Assembly (NCBI GenBank): GCA_965248535.1
Contig: CBDFJR010000002.1
Location: 32,001-96,000, forward strand
DNA length: 64,000 nucleotides
Source of the DNA: Phormidesmis sp.
GTDB lineage: Bacteria; Cyanobacteriota; Cyanobacteriia; Leptolyngbyales; Leptolyngbyaceae
Direction of reading: 5' to 3'
Notes under the pieces: generated by a model
The model's database searches: none
What the model was told of the DNA's origin: nothing
Seen by the model: only the letters and a program-made list of their open reading frames with translations
Position numbers and translations under genes: made by a program
Shown here: positions 51,394-61,137 of the stretch, piece after piece
How the letters are laid out: the number at the start of each line of letters is the position of its first letter
How positions within the stretch are numbered: the first letter of the stretch is position 1

Positions 51394-52593
51394 TCAACCG
51401 ATCGCTGACTTAACTTTTCTAGGCAGATTTGACGGATAGGCAACCAATTCACCCGTTCTCATCAGTTTAAACTGGTGATCGCGCCACCGAATGGTGTTGC
51501 CAATAAAACCATAGCACCATAGCCCAAAACTGATTAGATCACGCAAGTGCACAAGCCAAAGCAATTTTTTCGCAACAGGATCGTGAATGCTTTTAACGCC
51601 GATAAACCACGCCATTGCCAATCGCAGCGTCCATGTGATCATTAAAACAATCCAACCCCAAGGTGACCCGGCTGTGATTAGTAAAAATAAAAGGCTGGCA
51701 ACCGTGCCGTAGGTAAAAATTAATCCTAAATATCCCCACGGGCGCGAAACTCGAATGCCCACCATCCAGCGCAGTTGACGCTGTAAGGCTCCTGCTATTG
51801 TGGGGGTCGCCATCACATGATCAACAATGTGGTGAGACAACACCCCTTGATAGCCCGCTTGAGTGGGTAAATAACCGAGTTGAAAGTCATCGGCTAAATA
51901 ATCCGCGATCGCGGCAAATCCGCCGATTTCTTCTAGCACCGATCGCCGCATGACGATCGTTTGACCCATCGCAAATTTCACCCCTTCTAGCTGATTGCTC
52001 ACCAAAACTCCGGCATGAAACTCCGTTGCCGAACTTAGCGCTTCTAACTGAGTCAGCCACCCTTCGGCGATCGAGCGATAAAGACACGTCACCGACCCCA
52101 CATTGGGATTTTTAAGCGGTTGAATCACCTGCCGTAAATAATTGGGTCCGACATAGACATCGCTATCGGATAGCAAAATAATTTCACCCTCAGCTTTGGT
52201 CATGGCATTAGCCAGGTTGCTGACTTTGCGGTTGGTGCCGATGATGCGATCGCTGACCACTAGCTGAATATCGATCGCTGGAAAGTCTTGAATCAGTTGC
52301 TTGATCACCTCAATCCCAGCATCAGCCCAATCGTGAACCGCAAAGATAATCTGATAGTTGGAATAGTCTTGGCAACAGAATGAAGCAAGATTTTTGTAGG
52401 CATGGCGATCGCGACCGCAAACGGGTTTGAGAATGCTGACCGAAGGCTGAAAGTTAGGATCAATTCGCTCAGGTTGTGAGAAAAATCTCTGCGCTGCATA
52501 AATTGCGTAGCTGTAATAACCGATCGCCGATAAACACAAACCCAATGAAAGAACTATCAGCAAATAATGCAAGAATTCAACAAGACGTGTCAT
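51394..52593 (-). CDS. hpnI: Hopanoid glycosyltransferase HpnI (paralogue 1)
   Basis: SVSILKPVCG, NRKVSNL, SDSD, LADDFQLG and RQLRW. Confidence 0.87.
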   Translation of the reverse strand: MTRLVEFLHYLLIVLSLGLCLSAIGYYSYAIYAAQRFFSQPERIDPNFQPSVSILKPVCGRDRHAYKNLASFCCQDYSNYQIIFAVHDWADAGIEVIKQLIQDFPAIDIQLVVSDRIIGTNRKVSNLANAMTKAEGEIILLSDSDVYVGPNYLRQVIQPLKNPNVGSVTCLYRSIAEGWLTQLEALSSATEFHAGVLVSNQLEGVKFAMGQTIVMRRSVLEEIGGFAAIADYLADDFQLGYLPTQAGYQGVLSHHIVDHVMATPTIAGALQRQLRWMVGIRVSRPWGYLGLIFTYGTVASLLFLLITAGSPWGWIVLMITWTLRLAMAWFIGVKSIHDPVAKKLLWLVHLRDLISFGLWCYGFIGNTIRWRDHQFKLMRTGELVAYPSNLPRKVKSAIG

Positions 52594-52742
52594 GGTGGAT
52601 GCAGCGAATTTTTAGATTAATAAGAATTCTGAAATGATCAGGTGAGAGAATTGTTGAGTGACTAGGATCGTGAATTCAGTTAAGCCGGAGCCTGTATCAA
52701 GGATTAACATCACGGAGAACACGATCGAATCCATAATCCCAA

Positions 52743-53600
52743 TCAGGTTAAATTCATTGAAATGAACGCGACCCCAATGCCGATTAGCCCAGTGCCCGCC
52801 AGTCGCCCAGCCGTCAGACGTTCTTTGAGAATAAAGTGGCTGCCTAAAATGCTAAAGGGATAACTCAAAGCCGTCATGGGCATGACCAAGCTCAGATCGG
52901 CCAGACTCAACAGCGCAATAAACCCAAAAAAATCAGCCGCCATACACAAAACTCCTAAGCCGATAAACGGATTGATCACCACCCGACGGGCTTGCCGCAA
53001 GAGCGATCGTAGGTTCGTTGCCTTCAGTTCTCCCACTTGTTTCATGCCCGTCGCCAGCAAAATATCGCCCAGCGACGCAGCCAAGGCTATGATCCCAACG
53101 CCGATCAGCAATTTGCTTTGCAAAACGACTGATCCCACACTAGATCCCGTGAGGGCAGCCGAGAAAGGCGCAAGCAACAAACTCGGCGATCGCCGATCCT
53201 GGCTGCGCTGCTTGAGGTGATCTGAGGCCGCTTCGCCCAAAACCACCAGCAACACTCCACTAGAGACGAGAGCCGTTCCCATCCAGCGAATTTGAGAGAC
53301 CTGCTCGCCGAGAATAAACCCTGCAAAAATAGCCGACAGCACATATTTAAATGCCGTCATGGGCAGCACATAGCTGAGATCAAGCCGCGAGATTGCCGCT
53401 AAATAAAGCAGCAGTGAGCCAACCAAAAAGCAGATGCCTAGCACAATCCAGGGGTTGGTCAGCACTTGAATGCCGATCGCCAGCCAAGCCGCAGAGTTGA
53501 CCCCACTCAGATCGCCCACCTGTCGCATTCCTCGGCTTAACCAAACATCGCCCAACACCTGAAAGACCACCAACAGAGAAAGAACCGCGTACTTACTCAC
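52743..53600 (-). CDS. EamA/DMT transporter with two internal repeats
   Basis: Two similar halves (GDVWLSRGMRQVG / GDILLATGMKQVG and DLSYVLPMTA / DLSLVMPMTA). Confidence 0.85.
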   Translation of the reverse strand: MSKYAVLSLLVVFQVLGDVWLSRGMRQVGDLSGVNSAAWLAIGIQVLTNPWIVLGICFLVGSLLLYLAAISRLDLSYVLPMTAFKYVLSAIFAGFILGEQVSQIRWMGTALVSSGVLLVVLGEAASDHLKQRSQDRRSPSLLLAPFSAALTGSSVGSVVLQSKLLIGVGIIALAASLGDILLATGMKQVGELKATNLRSLLRQARRVVINPFIGLGVLCMAADFFGFIALLSLADLSLVMPMTALSYPFSILGSHFILKERLTAGRLAGTGLIGIGVAFISMNLT

Positions 53601-53665
53601 CGAAATTTTACCGTTTGATAGCCGTGATTATGGATTTGAAAGTGAGGCAATTATTCGATCAATCA

Positions 53666-55099
53666 TTATCGGGTCGCCGCTTGAGCACGGCGGTCTCTCA
53701 GGTATGAAAAGAACTCTCCGCCTTCTCGCAGTCGGCGCGTCAGCATTTGGCGATCGCTCAACATTTCGCGCACGATCGGGACAATCGCCTTGGGTCGAAA
53801 ATAGAAGCGACGATACATTTTCTCAACGGCATCTTCGATCTCGGCACTTGACAGATCGGGGTAGTGCAGCGTCGAGGTTTGAATGCCAGAGTTAGCCACA
53901 AGCGCCTGATCGCTAAACCAGCCGTTGGCGATCGCTTGCTGATAAAGCTCAGTGCCCGGATAAGGAGCCGCGATCGACACCTGAATCGTGTGGGGGCTAA
54001 TTTCGCAGGCAAACCGAATGGTTTCTTCAATCGTGGCGCGAGTCTCAATAGGCAAACCGATGATAAAGGTACCGTGAACGGTGATCCCCAAATCGCGACA
54101 GTGTTTCATAAACTGCCGGGCGGCTTCTAGCCGGATGCCTTTTTTGATGTTGTCTAAAATCTGCTGATTGCCCGACTCAAACCCCACTAGCAAAAGGCGT
54201 AAACCGTTATCTCGCAGTTGTTTGAGGGTGTCATAGTCTAAATTAGCGCGAGCGTTGCAGCTCCAAGTGAGTTTTAGTCGCTTCATGTGTTCGCTAATGG
54301 CGATCGCCCGCTGTTTGTCGATCGTAAAGGTGTCATCGTCAAACATATATTCGCGGATGCGATCGCCAAAAATGGCTTTGGCTTCCGACAGTTCGCGTCC
54401 CACAACCTCTGGACTTTTGGTGCGATATTGGTGTCCCCCGATGGTTTGGGGCCAGAGACAAAAGCTGCACTTAGCTGGGCAACCGCGCCCCGTATAAAAC
54501 GAGATGTAGGGATGCAGCAAATAACCGATGAAATATTTGGTGATGTCTAAATCACGCGCATAGGTTGGCAAGACGCTCGGCATCGCGTCCCAATCGTGGA
54601 TTAAGTCACGATCGGGCGTGTGGTGAAGATTGCCGTCGTGATCTCGATAGCTCAGACCCTTAATTTGATCCCAGGGTTCGCCTGCTGCCAGATCTTTGCA
54701 GGTGTAGTCAAATTCGTGGCGACAGACAAAATCGATGACCGGGTTATCGCGCAGCGTTTGCTCAGGCAGCACCGCGACGTGCGCCCCAATTAAGCCAATC
54801 TGAAGGGATGGATTTTGGGCTTTGAGGGTTTCAGCACATTTGACATCGTTAGCCAAAGAGGGCGTGCTGGTGTGCATGATCACCAACTCATAGTCTTTGG
54901 CAATTTTCAGCACATCGTCCACTGTCTGACCGTGGGGTGGGGCATCGACTAGCCTGCTGCCAGGCACAAGAGCGGCAGGTTGAGCCAGCCAGGTTGGATA
55001 CCAAAAGGAGGTAATCTCACGCTTTGCCTGATATCTCGACCCAGCGCCCCCGTCAAACCCGTCAAAGGAGGGAGGGCTTAAAAACAACGTCTTTTTCAT
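53666..55099 (-). CDS. hpnJ: Hopanoid biosynthesis radical SAM protein HpnJ
   Basis: PPSFDGFDGGAGSRYQAKREI.SFWYPTWLAQPAAL, CxxxCxxC (CPAKCSFC) and LWPQTIGGH. Confidence 0.94.
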   Translation of the reverse strand: MKKTLFLSPPSFDGFDGGAGSRYQAKREITSFWYPTWLAQPAALVPGSRLVDAPPHGQTVDDVLKIAKDYELVIMHTSTPSLANDVKCAETLKAQNPSLQIGLIGAHVAVLPEQTLRDNPVIDFVCRHEFDYTCKDLAAGEPWDQIKGLSYRDHDGNLHHTPDRDLIHDWDAMPSVLPTYARDLDITKYFIGYLLHPYISFYTGRGCPAKCSFCLWPQTIGGHQYRTKSPEVVGRELSEAKAIFGDRIREYMFDDDTFTIDKQRAIAISEHMKRLKLTWSCNARANLDYDTLKQLRDNGLRLLLVGFESGNQQILDNIKKGIRLEAARQFMKHCRDLGITVHGTFIIGLPIETRATIEETIRFACEISPHTIQVSIAAPYPGTELYQQAIANGWFSDQALVANSGIQTSTLHYPDLSSAEIEDAVEKMYRRFYFRPKAIVPIVREMLSDRQMLTRRLREGGEFFSYLRDRRAQAATR

Positions 55100-55305
55100 A
55101 GATCACTCAACGCTTGGGTTTTGAAAAGCTGACTCTCATACTACCTTTGAAGTGCTCTAAAGAAAGACCCTCACAATAGTTTGGACAGTTTTTCAAAGGG
55201 TTCTATGAAACTTTGAGGCTTGCGATTCTGCAAACTTGTTGTCATGGCTATCTTTGCCTCTGACTTCGAGGCTTAAAGTGCTGTTCCCGCGCACCGCCAA
55301 GCCAT

Positions 55306-56154
55306 CTAGAGATTAGCGCCTACAAACGTGTTGCACTGGGAGGGATCACCACTCTGAATGCCTTTTTTGAACCACTGCACTCGCTGGGCTGCACTGCCGT
55401 GGGTGAAAGACTCTGGCACCACATATCCTCTAGCTCTTTCCTGCAAGCGATCGTCTCCGATCGCGCTAGCGGCTGCGATCGCTTCCTCAATGTCGCCCTG
55501 TTGCAGCACTTGCCGCGATCGCTGGGCGCGATTTCCCCAAACCCCGGCAAAGCAATCGGCCTGAAGCTCTAGCTTGACCGAAAGCTGATTGGCTTCTAGC
55601 TGACTCGATCGGGCTTGCAGCGATCGCACTTTGTTTGAAATGCCCAGCAGATTTTGGACATGATGCCCGACTTCATGAGCGATCACATAAGCCTGGGCAA
55701 AATCTCCTGGTGCCTGATATTTGGTCTTCAGTTCACGGTAAAACCCTAAGTCGATGTAGACCTTTTGATCACGGGGACAGTAGAAAGGGCCCACGGCCGA
55801 ACGGGTAAACCCACAAGCTGACTCAACCGCGTCGGAATAAAGCACAAGGGTTGGCTCGACATATTTGCCGCCACTTTGCCTGAAAATAGTGCTCCAAGTG
55901 TCTTCTGTGTCAGCTAAAACCACCGATACAAAGTCAGACATTTTATCAGTGGCAGCGCCTGTTGTTTGAGGCGATCGAGGTTGGGAAGACGAAGGAGCGC
56001 TTTGGTTGAGAATCGCACTGGGATCGCCGCCCAAAAAAGTGACCACAAGCGCCAAGAAGATAGTGCCAATGCCACCGCCGATCACAGGGGCAGACACTCC
56101 CCTACCCCGTCGATCTTCAACGTTTGTGCTTCTACGTCCCTTTTCCCAATCCAT
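55306..56154 (-). CDS. YpfJ-like neutral zinc metallopeptidase
   Basis: RRSTNVEDRR, GPFYCP.D, HEVGHHVQ (HExxH), ELQADC.AG and SFTHGS. Confidence 0.9.
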   Translation of the reverse strand: MDWEKGRRSTNVEDRRGRGVSAPVIGGGIGTIFLALVVTFLGGDPSAILNQSAPSSSQPRSPQTTGAATDKMSDFVSVVLADTEDTWSTIFRQSGGKYVEPTLVLYSDAVESACGFTRSAVGPFYCPRDQKVYIDLGFYRELKTKYQAPGDFAQAYVIAHEVGHHVQNLLGISNKVRSLQARSSQLEANQLSVKLELQADCFAGVWGNRAQRSRQVLQQGDIEEAIAAASAIGDDRLQERARGYVVPESFTHGSAAQRVQWFKKGIQSGDPSQCNTFVGANL

Positions 56155-56512
56155 TGTTTTAACGCTCCGCTCTTTAGGGGTTTATAAGCTCTGACCAAAC
56201 CTGAGTAGTCTTATTTCGGAAAGGTTGAAGAAAAACAGGTATTGTCTGGAATATTCCACTGCCTGATTGCCTAAGTTGAGCTATCTTTCCCTAAATGACA
56301 CTCCCCCTGCAACTCTCATAGGGCTGATCTATTGGTAAAAGAAAAGGTAGAATCCCTGTCTTTCCGATGACCGCTTTGAACATCATTCAAACATGCAATG
56401 GATTTACAAGGGTTTCAATATTGTTTTTTCAATGTATTAGCCTTGCTCCACCTCTCACTGATCCCCCATTCCATCTGCACTAACGCATTGTTAGCTTGCG
56501 CCGTTCGCTGCG

Positions 56513-56926
56513 CTATGCTGGTTCAGCAACACCATCCCGCTCCCAGACAACTGATCGTTCGATCGTTCCCAACTCTGCAAATGACTTGGCTGCTTTGAGA
56601 GTAGTTGTTAAGTCAACACACCATTTTGCAGGGTAGATACCTTCTTGCCCGCCAACCACTAGAGTTTCAGCTTTCTCTGACTTTGCTGGATTCGTTAGAT
56701 AATTAAAGGTTTCGTTGTCAGAAGTGACGTATACAAGATATTTGCCAGTACCACCACCAATAGCCATGTGCATTTCACCCTCAGCTTCTAGGGTTACTAA
56801 TGTTTTACGATAACCATCTAGTTCTTTAATCGCTGCTTCTATTTCTTCCCAGCCTTTTGCCTCTGCTATCAATCCATTATTTTGATTGCTTTGCCAGTCT
56901 TCAACTGAAAATTTAGAAATAAACAT
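56513..56926 (-). CDS. Imm1-family immunity protein
   Basis: MAIGGG, LVVGGQEGIYPAKWCVD and C-terminal AAKSFAELG.....VVWE. Starts 7 nt after the deaminase stop, with a GAGG RBS. Confidence 0.75.
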   Translation of the reverse strand: MFISKFSVEDWQSNQNNGLIAEAKGWEEIEAAIKELDGYRKTLVTLEAEGEMHMAIGGGTGKYLVYVTSDNETFNYLTNPAKSEKAETLVVGGQEGIYPAKWCVDLTTTLKAAKSFAELGTIERSVVWERDGVAEPA

Positions 56927-56933
56927 ACCAACC

Positions 56934-57314
56934 TCACTTCAGCATAATAATCTGACGATCGCTAGGGCTAATGATCTCTATTTCGTCTAGGTTAAGTTGT
57001 CTAGCCATTCCCTTTACACCTCCATTTTGACCGCAAGCTCGGCAAAGATCTCGATCAACAGTTAGACGCGCTCGACCTCCCCTAAATCCTAAATCAAAAG
57101 CTTGCTGGAAAGCGTCTGCCTCGGCGTGAGTCCGACTAATTGGATTGACTCTAAGTGTCATCTTCCTAGGGCTAGGGTTGCTACTGGAATTGACCCCGAA
57201 AAGTATCACGCCATCTATTTCTAGTTTGGCAACTGTTGCACGGTCGCTTTCGCTACCGGCTGGAGGAAGCCCAAGTTGTTGTCTATACTCTGCTAGCTCC
57301 TGAAAATCGCTCAA
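56934..57314 (-). CDS. Stand-alone zinc-dependent nucleic-acid deaminase (polymorphic-toxin-type domain)
   Basis: THAEADAFQQA (HAE) and VDRDLCRACG (CxxC). TTG start with GGGAG upstream and an in-frame TAG six codons upstream. Confidence 0.8.
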   Translation of the reverse strand: MSDFQELAEYRQQLGLPPAGSESDRATVAKLEIDGVILFGVNSSSNPSPRKMTLRVNPISRTHAEADAFQQAFDLGFRGGRARLTVDRDLCRACGQNGGVKGMARQLNLDEIEIISPSDRQIIMLK

Positions 57315-57533
57315 CCTTTTGTTTGCTCCCTAGTACCTTACCACCGCTCAGATTATCAGGTTAGGTGGCACATAACTCGATCGCATAGCAAGCTCTTGAA
57401 GATAGCAGCCCCATACCTCAAAGGCGAAAGGACAATCAAGCCTACTCGTTATTGTTCAAACCAGTTGGGCAACTAGCCCGGTTGAAAGGACTATTAGAGT
57501 TTGCTCTAGGATCAAGCCACTTCAAAGAATGGC

Positions 57534-60444
57534 TCACAGAAAATCTGCCAATAACGTTAGCGATCGCTGCACCTGTTTTTCCCACGTCCAATCCTGCATA
57601 AACTGGGCGGCGGCATGGCCCCGACGCTGGGCTTCAGCACGATTGCCATAGACCTGCTCTAACTGCTCAACCACTTCTTCAACCTGTGACTCGCCCCAGC
57701 CTTCGGTGCCCCGATAGTGCTCGTTGCCCAAAACGGGATGCTGAGTGCAGAGCGGATAGCAGTGCTCAGGGTGAATCAGATCCAAATGTCCCGTGTTCAT
57801 CGACAAAATCGTGGGAATGCCACAGGCAAAGCTTTCCATTGCGACTAGATTCGTGCCGCCTTCACCGCGATTGGTAAACACAGCAACATCGGCTTCGCGC
57901 AAAATCTGAGGGGCGATCGCATTGGGGATCATGCCCACATCTAGCACTGCATCCGCCGGAATGCCATTTTCGACCAGCCAGCGCGTCACCTGCAATTTTC
58001 CGTGAGCATCCACGCTCGGAATTCCTGTAACGTGATGGGCGCGATCGAGTCCGGTCAGGGTGTTGACCCAGTGGTTATGCCAGGCGGTTAAAAGCAGCGC
58101 TTCGGGATGGCGCGATCGAAAAATGCGAAAAGCAGCCACCACAATATCTTGACCTTTGCGATATTCTAATTTGCCGCCCGAAAAAATCACAAAGCGATCG
58201 TGCAACAAGCCCGATCGGGGTGCCGGGTGAAATAGAGTGGGATCGATGCCCTGCTGAACGGTTTCAACCTGGGTGAGTCCATAGCTTCGCAAGATTTCAG
58301 CATTCCAACTAGACCCGGCGAGAATGCGATCGTAGCGCTGCGCCTGCTCAATTGCTTGGGGCAAAAAATGGGTGTCTTCCGAAAAAATAACGCCGATGTT
58401 GTGTGCGCCCTGAATGCGCTGATTTTCATCGCTGGTCACAAAGTGATTGCCGAGCGGCTTGAGCACGAGCAAGTTTGTTGTTAAAGTCTTATCGGGATGC
58501 TGAATGAGCAGCGATTTGAATCTGCTGAGAATAGTGCCGCACTGAGTTAAGGCGCGATCGCAGCACAGCATTCAACTCTGACCATGCAGAAATCCTGAGC
58601 AACGGTACAGGTTCTAGATGAGAAGTCTTCAATAACTGCAATGCTAGATTTAATCCATAAACACCCCAGCCGAGATTTCCACCGATCGGGAATCCAATTC
58701 CAATTTGCTTAGGGCTAGATGATGAAGTAACTAAACTTAGGTTAGATTTGAATTCAATAAGTTGACTGTAATTATCAATTCTAGAGTTATCGATTGAAGA
58801 TTTTTTATTAGCTAGTAATATTAATTCGTTCTGAATCGATTCTGTAACGCTTGACCAATCCCTAAGAGAATGCTGACGAAATAATCGAGCCGTTGGATAC
58901 CAGGGACTATCTGCCCGATCGAGACCCCACCGCCAATCAGGAACCGCGCTCAACAGAACCCACACGGGTTTACCCATTGCGCCCGCTAAGTGAGCCACCG
59001 ACGTATCCACACTGATGACTAAATCCAGCCGAGCGATCGCCGCGGCCGTGTCTGCAAAATCTTCAAGCTGCTCCTCTAAATCTACGATCGCAATGAGCGG
59101 ATTTGCCGCCTGAAACTGCTGTAACTCGTCCGATCTGCCCTTCTGCAAACTATAAAACTCAACCCCGGTTAAGCTCAAGAGCGGCAGCAACTCGGTGAGA
59201 GTGATCGAGCGATCGCGATCGTTGCCATTTTTAGAATTTCCGCCCCAGACAATGCCAACTTTTAAGCCAGACGAAGAACTAGAAACTTCAGGAGCCAAAA
59301 GATAGGGAATCGTTGCCGGAATCGTGTCTAGGGTTGTCTTCAACCGATAGGGCAAACTCAGCAACATCGCATAACAATCAAACGGCGGCATTGTTCCCCC
59401 TTCAAGCACCAGTTGATCAATGCCCGGAGCCGTTTTGAGTAAGCGCAATAACGGAGCCGAACAGCCCACAAGCACCCGTCCGCCTAGAGGCAGCAACCAG
59501 CGGCGCATAGCGAACAAATTGAATCAGATCCCCAAAGCCTTGCTCATGACAGAGCAAAATCGTTTTGCCCGTTAGATCAGAGCCATCCCACTCTGGCTGA
59601 GGAAACTTAGGAGGAGTGAGAGATTGTCCTGCCCAGCGTTGTTCATAATATCGAAATCCTGCTTTAACTCGCCTCTCAACAACAACCAAAACCCATAGTT
59701 AAGTTGAGCATTAGCATAGTCAGGATCAAGTCTTAAAGCTTCTTGATAGCAATTGTTTGCCTCGTCAAACTGCCCACAATAGTAGGCAGACACTCCTAAG
59801 TTATTGTGGGCGGCCGCAAAGGTTGGGTCAAGCGCGATCGCTTGTCTGAGATGCCCGATCGCTGCCTCAACGCGGCCTAGTTTTCGCAAAATCTCGCCCA
59901 AACTGTTGTGAGCGATCGCATGATCGGGTTTGAGTGCCAACGCTTGCTGATAGGCATCTGCCGCCGCCTCAAACTGCTCTAACTCTTGCAGACACGCCCC
60001 TAAATTGTGCAGCGATTGCCGATGGTCAGGCTTCAAGATCAATGCTTGACGATAGGCGGCGATCGCCGCTTCGTGTTGACGCTGCGCGAGATAAGCGTTC
60101 CCCAAGTTGTAGTGGCTTTGATAAAAACTCGCATCAAGAGCAATAGCCGCCTGATAATGCCCGATCGCGGCATCCATTTGCTCAACTTTTGAGAATGCCG
60201 TGCCCAAATTATAGTGAGCAGACGCATGGCCGGGAGCAAGGCTGAGAAAAGCCTGATAGTGCACGATCGCCCGCTCAAATTGTTGTGTTTGACAATAGAC
60301 AATGCCTAACATCTCTAGAGTCTCGATCGACTCAGGATGTTGTTGAATAATTTGCAAACAGAGTGATTCTGTGGTGTCCCAATCCTCAGCTTCAAAGGCA
60401 TCTTTTGCTGAGGTCAACCGATTAAAAGCCTCATTCATTGTCAT
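57534..60444 (-). pseudogene. TPR - GT9-like - GT4 glycosyltransferase fusion, broken by three frameshifts (near 59664, 59489, 58521)
   Basis: TPR repeats; YEQRW...WDG.DL.GKTILL..EQGFGD.IQF.RY; DLVISVDTSVAHLAGAMG; GGKLEYRKGQD and EGGTNLVAME. The four ORFs join by single-base changes. Confidence 0.82.
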
Positions 60445-60609
60445 TGCTTGATGCAAAGATCGTTCACCATTTTGCGCTAGTGAATCCAATTTGCAACGTC
60501 AGAGTGTGAGAATCCTCTCTGAGAACCAGTGCCGAAGCCTGTCTACGCCCCGCAAGACAGCTAAAATAGAAATCAGCGAACCCCAAATCTAAGCTGGAGT
60601 CAAATCGGA

Positions 60610-61017
60610 ATGGCCACCTCAGACCACGCGTTTGAAATCACCAAAACAGACGACGAATGGAAAAAGCTGCTCACCCCAGAACAGTTTCAAGTCTTGCGAA
60701 AGCACGGAACCGAGCGCGCTCGCACCAGTCCGCTTGACAAGCAATACAGCCCAGGCACCTATGAGTGTGGTGGGTGTGGTCTACCCCTATTTACTTCAGA
60801 CACAAAATTTGACAGCGGCACCGGGTGGCCGAGCTTTTTTGCTCCGATCGCAGACGCGATCGAAACCACAACCGACAAATCACTGTTCATGACTCGTGTC
60901 GAAGTGCACTGCCGCCGCTGTGGTGGACATTTGGGGCACGTTTTTAACGACGGGCCAGCGCCCACCAGACAGCGCTATTGCATGAATGGGGTCTCCCTGA
61001 AGTTCGAGCCAAAATAG
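60610..61017 (+). CDS. msrB: Methionine-R-sulfoxide reductase
   Basis: GTERA, KFDSGTGWPSF, CxxC pairs, HLGHVF.DGP and RYCMNG. Confidence 0.96.
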   Translation: MATSDHAFEITKTDDEWKKLLTPEQFQVLRKHGTERARTSPLDKQYSPGTYECGGCGLPLFTSDTKFDSGTGWPSFFAPIADAIETTTDKSLFMTRVEVHCRRCGGHLGHVFNDGPAPTRQRYCMNGVSLKFEPK

Positions 61018-61028
61018 CAGACAGGGTT

Positions 61029-61061
61029 TAGGGGCAGGTAACGACAAGATTCCTGCCCCTA
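61029..61061 (+). terminator. Stem-loop after msrB
   Basis: TAGGGGCAGG-N13-CCTGCCCCTA, with only a weak T-tract. Confidence 0.55.
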
Positions 61062-61137
61062 GCCGCTTTCTTGCAGAGATTTTTTGCAAGAGAAGGGAAC
61101 TCTAAAGCAAAACACTAATCTCAATGAGGTGATTTGA

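Noticed and set aside
56398..56598. 66-aa plus-strand ORF beside Imm1
   Set aside because: It overlaps the Imm1 3' end antisense and has no RBS or motif.
56934..57314. Deaminase as housekeeping TadA, cytidine deaminase or RibD
   Set aside because: It lacks the PCxxC context and the N-terminal motifs of those enzymes, and it is coupled to an immunity-like gene.
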